A stretch of DNA of 13,176 bases from Candidatus Ruminococcus gallistercoris (GTDB taxonomy: Bacteria > Bacillota > Clostridia > Oscillospirales > Acutalibacteraceae), in assembly GCA_019119145.1 (NCBI GenBank), contig DWXR01000082.1, positions 1 through 13,176 of the forward strand. The letters are read 5' to 3'. Below, piece by piece: positions 9,852-13,176 of the stretch. The translations under genes were made by a program, and so were the position numbers. The notes below the pieces were generated by a model. It ran no database searches, was not told the DNA's origin, and saw only the letters and a program-made list of their open reading frames with translations. Position 1 is the first letter of the stretch. Each line of letters starts with the position of its first letter.

Positions 9852-9880
9852 AAAATACCACATTTCTGCCGGATTATCAA
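9852..9880 (-). promoter_or_regulatory. Candidate promoter of the ACT-MBL gene
   Basis: The minus strand reads TTGATA (9880-9875), a 17-nt spacer and an extended -10 TGgTATTTT (9860-9852). It lies in the 95-nt gap after the CarD-like stop codon. Confidence 0.5.
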
Positions 9881-9902
9881 TGCCCGCGGCCACATTTCCC
9901 GC

Positions 9903-10412
9903 TCATTTCTCGGCGGCCTCGAGCTGCCGCGTGATGAACAGCGGGACCTCCTCGGGCTGGATGTTCAGCACGTAGGCGAATTCCTCGTGCAGGAGCTTCT
10001 GCGCGCGCTCGAGGATCTGTTCGTCCGCCGCATGGAATTTCCGGCCGGAGGCCTTCAAGGCCTGGCGGTGCAGGTACAGCGTGCGGATCAGCAGGGCAAG
10101 CGCCTTCCGGTCGCCGCTGTGCAGAATCGCGCCGTACTGTTCCTTGCGTTCCGCGTCGTCCTCGATCCAGTCGAGCGATTCGTTCTGCAATGAATCGATC
10201 AGCGCGCGGATCTCTGCGGCCGACAGGATGCGCCGCATTTTGCCGACCAGCTTCTCGTTTCCGCACGGGACGAATATGGTGGATTTTCCGTCGAACACGG
10301 GCTTTAAGGCGTAGTACCGCACCGTTTCACGGCCGATCTTTTTCTCGCAGATTTCCGTGACGGTGCACACGCTTTGGCCGCCGTATAAAACCGTATCGTT
10401 TACCTGAATCAT
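9903..10412 (-). CDS. CarD/CdnL-family transcriptional regulator (RNA-polymerase-binding)
   Basis: The start is taken at the ATG at 10412, with AAAGGGG RBS ~8 nt upstream. The N-terminus MIQVNDTVLYGGQSVCTVTEI...RYYALKP fits the CarD_CdnL_TRCF Tudor-like RNAP-interacting domain. The C-terminal half has the conserved Trp context and SGD motif (LDWIEDDAERKEQYGAILHSGDRKALALLIRTLY). The track ORF's TTG start at 10454 lies inside a leader hairpin and was rejected. Confidence 0.85.
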   Translation of the reverse strand: MIQVNDTVLYGGQSVCTVTEICEKKIGRETVRYYALKPVFDGKSTIFVPCGNEKLVGKMRRILSAAEIRALIDSLQNESLDWIEDDAERKEQYGAILHSGDRKALALLIRTLYLHRQALKASGRKFHAADEQILERAQKLLHEEFAYVLNIQPEEVPLFITRQLEAAEK

Positions 10413-10429
10413 TTCGCTTACCCCTTTCT

Positions 10430-10481
10430 GAAAATCAAAATGGTTTTCTCGCAACAGGACTTACGTTTTGCGAGAAAACCA
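10430..10481 (-). terminator. Terminator-like stem-loop plus U-tract in the 5' leader of the CarD-like gene
   Basis: On the minus strand, a 14-bp perfect stem (10481-10468 pairs with 10454-10441) has a 13-nt loop. It is followed immediately by ATTTTGATTTTC (10440-10430), then the RBS and the ATG at 10412. It starts only ~10 nt downstream of the predicted transcription start. Confidence 0.4.
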
Positions 10482-10496
10482 CACGTTGTTACTTAT

Positions 10497-10525
10497 ATTA
10501 TAGCACACTTTAACGCGATTTTCAA
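10497..10525 (-). promoter_or_regulatory. Near-consensus sigma-A-type promoter of the CarD-like gene
   Basis: The minus strand reads TTGAAA (10525-10520), a 17-nt spacer and an extended consensus -10 TGcTATAAT (10505-10497). Confidence 0.65.
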
Positions 10526-10534
10526 ATAAACTTT

Positions 10535-10764
10535 GAAGTCGCGGGTGGGTACGACCCACGGCGGATTCGCGGGGTGCGCGTGTTAACACGCGCTTTGCCG
10601 GGCGAAAGAAACCGGCCTTGTGGTCGCGGCGGTGGGTACGACCCACGGCGAAGTCGCGGGTGGGCACGGCCCACGGCGAGGTCGCGGGGTGCGCGTGCTG
10701 GCATGCGCTTTGTCGGGCGAAAGAAATCAGCCTTGTGGTCGTGGCGGGGGCATAGCTATTGCGG
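10535..10764. repeat. Two tandem copies of a ~115-nt intergenic unit built from short palindromes (REP/BIME-like cluster)
   Basis: Copy 1 starts at 10535 and copy 2 at 10650 (period 115 nt). By hand alignment the first ~98 nt differ at 13 positions, and the copies then diverge. The 15-bp palindrome GTGGGTACGACCCAC is at 10545-10559 and 10632-10646, with the variant GTGGGCACGGCCCAC at 10660-10674. An 18-bp perfect palindrome GCGCGTGTTAACACGCGC is at 10576-10593, with the variant GCGCGTGCTGGCATGCGC at 10691-10708. Confidence 0.85.
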
Positions 10765-10782
10765 CGGGGGCATGGCTACTGC
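10743..10782. repeat. Tandem 20-mer direct repeat GGCGGGGGCAT(A/G)GCTA(T/C)TGC, two copies
   Basis: The segments 10743-10762 and 10763-10782 are contiguous and match at 18 of 20 positions. They form the distal end of the repeat cluster. Confidence 0.8.
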
Positions 10783-10854
10783 CGGATGAACAGACTGCCG
10801 GCGGTTTGCCGGGGCGTGTGCAGGCGTTTTAGGGATAGGCGGATGCCGTGCGGC

Positions 10855-11400
10855 TCAGATGGCGCCGTTTTCGACGAGCGCGGCCGTTTTCAGGATGCCG
10901 ACCTGCGTTTTGGAATCGGGGATCTCGTTGTTCAGCACCATTTCGACGGCCTTTTTCAGCGGGATGCGCTCCACCTCGAGGAATTCGTCCTCGTCGAGGT
11001 GCATCTCGCCCTTTTCCGAAATGCGGCAGGCCCAGATGCGGATGATCTCGCCGCAGTAGCCCGGGGAGGGGTACAGGTTGCCGAGGAACGTGTAATGCTC
11101 GCCGGCCGTGCCGGTCTCCTCCATCTGCTCGCGCTTCACGGCCTCAAAGGGGTCCTCCCCTTTTTCGAGCTTGCCGGCCGGCAGCTCGAGCAGCACTTCC
11201 TTGTACGGGTAGCGGAACTGCCGCACAAGCAGGATCTCGTCCTTCTCGGTCAGGGCGGCCACGCAGACGCCGCCGTTGTGGCAGACGACCTCGCGCTTTG
11301 CGGTCTTTCCGTTTTCAAGCTCGACCTCGTCGAGCAGGACCTTGATGATGCGGCCCTCGAATTTTGTATCGCTGGAGCGTGTTTTCTCATACAGCTTCAT
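10855..11400 (-). CDS. nudF: NUDIX hydrolase, ADP-ribose pyrophosphatase (NudF/YqkG-like)
   Basis: 181-aa ORF with AAGGAAG RBS ~8 nt upstream. It has the NUDIX box GKLEKGEDPFEAVKREQMEETG. The N-terminal segment F.G..I.V..D.VELENGKTAKREVV and the overall length match B. subtilis NudF-type ADP-ribose pyrophosphatases. Confidence 0.88.
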   Translation of the reverse strand: MKLYEKTRSSDTKFEGRIIKVLLDEVELENGKTAKREVVCHNGGVCVAALTEKDEILLVRQFRYPYKEVLLELPAGKLEKGEDPFEAVKREQMEETGTAGEHYTFLGNLYPSPGYCGEIIRIWACRISEKGEMHLDEDEFLEVERIPLKKAVEMVLNNEIPDSKTQVGILKTAALVENGAI

Positions 11401-11441
11401 ATGCAGCTTCCTTTCCGTGCGGCTCTGCCGCGCCTGATTTT

Positions 11442-11470
11442 ATTATATAAATATTTTTTGAATTCTGCAA
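11442..11470 (-). promoter_or_regulatory. Candidate promoter of the NUDIX gene
   Basis: The minus strand reads TTGCAG (11470-11465), a 17-nt spacer and TATAAT (11447-11442). It lies in the AT-rich divergent intergenic region. Confidence 0.5.
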
Positions 11471-11572
11471 GGATTTGGGCCGATTCTCTTGCATATTTTG
11501 CTCTGATGTGGTAACCTAAATCTGTTCGGTTTACATAATGAAATTTATTCTGTCAGGAGAAAGGATTTGCAT

Positions 11573-12232
11573 ATGAGAAATTCGGTTATCAAAAAGTGGA
11601 TCTGCATGGTATGCGGCGCCGCCGTGATTTTCAGCCTGGCGGCCTGTTCACAGACGCCGTCCTCGGCGGAGCCGACGCCCGCGCCGGAGGTCACGGCGGC
11701 GCCCGAGGTCACGCCCGCGCCCGAAGGCGCCGATGCGGAAGCGACGCCTGCGCCCGAGGGAGAAGGCGAGTCGGGCACGCCGACGCCCGCGCCGGAGGGG
11801 GACGAAAGCGCCGACACGCACACGAGCGTTCTGCCCGCGCCCGAAAGCGGCAGCGAGGAATTCCGCAAGGCCTTTGAGGAGAACCCGATCGACGCGCAGT
11901 ACGCCGCGGATCTGGAGCTTGCGTCGTCCGTAGCGGCGATCGTCGCGGCGAGCAACACGGCCTCCGAGAGCTGGCAGGAGCAGATCGACTCGGTCTACAC
12001 GCAGATTCTGGAGCGCGGCGACGACGAGACGGTCGAGCAGGTCAAGGAGGAGCAGTCGCACTGGGTCAACGAGCAGAGCGACGCGCTGCAGGAGATCCGC
12101 AATGCGGTCGGCGAGGACGACTCGATGGCCGCCGTCACGGTCGCGGAGAACATCATGCTCTACTACCGCACCCGCGCGATCGACCTGTGCGCCGTGCTGT
12201 ACGAGATCGACGGCCAGCTTGTGTTCGGCTGA
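11573..12232 (+). CDS. Lipoprotein with a Pro/Ala/Glu-rich linker and a DUF1311 (LprI-like) C-terminal domain
   Basis: The start is taken at the ATG at 11573, with AGGAGAAAGGA upstream. The signal peptide MRNSVIKKWICMVCGAAVIFSLAAC ends in the lipobox L-A-A-C (Cys25, 11645-11647). A PAPE-repeat linker follows. The C-terminal segment (SWQEQIDSVYTQIL...EEQSHWVNEQ...YYRTRAIDLC) resembles the DUF1311 pattern. Confidence 0.8.
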   Translation: MRNSVIKKWICMVCGAAVIFSLAACSQTPSSAEPTPAPEVTAAPEVTPAPEGADAEATPAPEGEGESGTPTPAPEGDESADTHTSVLPAPESGSEEFRKAFEENPIDAQYAADLELASSVAAIVAASNTASESWQEQIDSVYTQILERGDDETVEQVKEEQSHWVNEQSDALQEIRNAVGEDDSMAAVTVAENIMLYYRTRAIDLCAVLYEIDGQLVFG

Positions 12233-12330
12233 TGATGCGGCTCATCTGCGCCGTCTGCCCGAAGTGCGGCTATGTGGAGCTGCAGCTTGCTGATATTTCC
12301 AACGCGCAGGTGCAGAAAAAGCTCAAATAA
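12232..12330 (+). CDS. Possible 32-aa Cys-rich micro-protein (MMRLICAVCPKCGYVELQLADISNAQVQKKLK), translationally coupled to the lipoprotein gene
   Basis: The ATG at 12232 overlaps the lipoprotein stop (TGATG). The frame stays open to the TAA at 12328-12330. Third codon positions are mostly G/C, as in real genes here. It lies upstream of the operon terminator. There is no SD of its own, and it falls below the length cut-off of the ORF track. Confidence 0.35.
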   Translation: MMRLICAVCPKCGYVELQLADISNAQVQKKLK

Positions 12331-12340
12331 ACGTCTGAAT

Positions 12341-12386
12341 AAAAAAGCGGGCGTCTCCTTTTCGGGGACGCCCACATTGTTGTTTT
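12341..12386. terminator. Bidirectional Rho-independent terminator between the lipoprotein operon and the convergent isomerase-family gene
   Basis: A 10-bp GC-rich stem (12349-12358 pairs with 12364-12373, with one G-U pair in the + sense that becomes an A-C mismatch in the - sense) has a 5-nt loop. The minus-strand tail is TTTTTTATT and the plus-strand tail is ACATTGTTGTTTTC. Confidence 0.8.
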
Positions 12387-12390
12387 CAGC

Positions 12391-13176
12391 TTACTTGTTG
12401 AACGGATTCTCCGTCGGGTACGGCAGGGACTTCGGCTGGTTGTAGCCGATGTCGGTGACGCCGAGATACTTGAAGACCTCGAACAGCGCCTTGCCGAAGT
12501 GGCCGAACGCGACCGCGCCGTGATGCGGGTAGTTCTTCTCGATCAGCACGTGGCGGTAGAAGCGGCCCATCTCCGGAATCGCGAAGACGCCGATGGAGCC
12601 GAAGGACTTCGTCGGGACGTTCAGGACCTCGCCCTCCGCGACGTACGCGCGAAGCTGCGTGTCGGCCGTGCTCTGCAGGCGGAAGAACGTGATGTCGCCC
12701 GGCATGATGTCGCCCTCGAGCGTGCCCTGCGTGACTTCCTCGGGCAGGTTGCGCGCCATGATCTTCTGGTACTTCATCGAGCAGAACGCGAGCTTCTTCG
12801 AGCAGGTGTTGCCGCAGTGGAAGCCCATGAAGGTATCCTTGTGCGTGTACGGGGTCTTGTCCTTGATTTCCGCGTTGAACATGTCCGCCGGAACCGTGTT
12901 GTTGATGTCGAGCAGCGTGACCGCGTCGAGGCTGACGCAGGTGCCGATGAACTCGGAGAGCGCGCCGTAGATGTCGACCTCGCAGGAAACCGGGATGCCC
13001 ATGCCGGTCAGGCGGCTGTTGACGTAGCACGGAACGAAGCCGAACTGCGTCTGGAACGCCGGCCAGCACTTGCCCGCGATCGCGACGTACTCGCGGTAGC
13101 CGCGGTGCTCCTCGACCCAGTCGAGCAGCGTGATCTCATACTGCGCGAGCTTCGGCAGGATCTCGGGCTTCATGTT
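12391..13176 (-). CDS. L-fucose/L-arabinose isomerase family protein, C-terminal part (5' end lies outside the window)
   Basis: The frame is still open at the window edge: the codon before the listed Met is AAC. The 260 aa seen resemble the C-terminal domain of fucose-isomerase-like sugar isomerases (...DIYGALSEFIG..., ...MGFHCGN..., ...PHHGAVAFGH...). Full-length members are roughly twice this size. Confidence 0.7.
   Translation of the reverse strand, partial: NMKPEILPKLAQYEITLLDWVEEHRGYREYVAIAGKCWPAFQTQFGFVPCYVNSRLTGMGIPVSCEVDIYGALSEFIGTCVSLDAVTLLDINNTVPADMFNAEIKDKTPYTHKDTFMGFHCGNTCSKKLAFCSMKYQKIMARNLPEEVTQGTLEGDIMPGDITFFRLQSTADTQLRAYVAEGEVLNVPTKSFGSIGVFAIPEMGRFYRHVLIEKNYPHHGAVAFGHFGKALFEVFKYLGVTDIGYNQPKSLPYPTENPFNK

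Noticed and set aside
10535-10782. Considered whether the repeat cluster is a small CRISPR array, a tRNA/tmRNA-like gene or a MITE.
   Set aside because: The repeats are not regularly spaced by unique spacers: gaps between the 15-bp palindromes are 72 and 13 nt, and the intervening sequence is itself duplicated. There is no cloverleaf or acceptor/anticodon geometry. No terminal inverted repeats or target-site duplication could be seen, and no cas or transposase genes are in the window.
10461-10832. ORFs inside the repeat cluster: 10461..10667 -, 10522..10704 -, 10574..10789 +, 10620..10832 +.
   Set aside because: Their reading frames are generated by the nucleotide repeats and give repeated Arg/Gly/Pro-rich peptides such as AVGRTHPRL. 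They have no RBS, they overlap one another on both strands, and they run through the palindromes.
11489-11517. Candidate promoter for the lipoprotein gene: TTGCAT-17 nt-TGgTAACCT, or alternatively CATAAT at 11534-11539.
   Set aside because: Both the -35 and -10 hexamers are weak, and two alternatives fit equally poorly. This is not strong enough to list as a feature.

Overview
This window is an origin-proximal chromosomal segment of a visibly GC-rich, strongly GC3-biased Bacillota (Clostridia-like) genome. The left ~8.3 kb carries the classic co-directional housekeeping cluster on the + strand: dnaN, yaaA (small S4-like protein), recF, remB (DUF370), gyrB and gyrA. One extra small zinc-ribbon membrane protein and a strong terminator sit between remB and gyrB. 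The right ~5 kb switches mostly to the - strand. It holds an ACT-domain/metallo-beta-lactamase-fold fusion protein, a CarD/CdnL-family regulator, a NudF-like NUDIX hydrolase and the 3' part of an L-fucose/arabinose-isomerase-family gene cut by the window edge. On the + strand it also holds a DUF1311-like lipoprotein and a coupled 32-codon Cys-rich mini-ORF. I see no rRNA, tRNA, CRISPR array, transposase, integrase or recognisable multi-gene defence or mobile system. The most unusual non-genic signal is a ~250-bp cluster of tandem, hairpin-forming repeats (10535-10782) between the NUDIX and CarD-like genes, in which differences between copies preserve base pairing. It is followed by a near-consensus promoter that runs straight into a terminator-like hairpin. 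Other points worth a second look are the variant metal-binding motif and domain fusion of the ACT-MBL protein, non-canonical residues at quinolone-determinant positions of GyrA and GyrB, and a coding-like in-frame stretch after the gyrA stop codon. All family calls rest on motifs I recognise by eye; no database search was possible.
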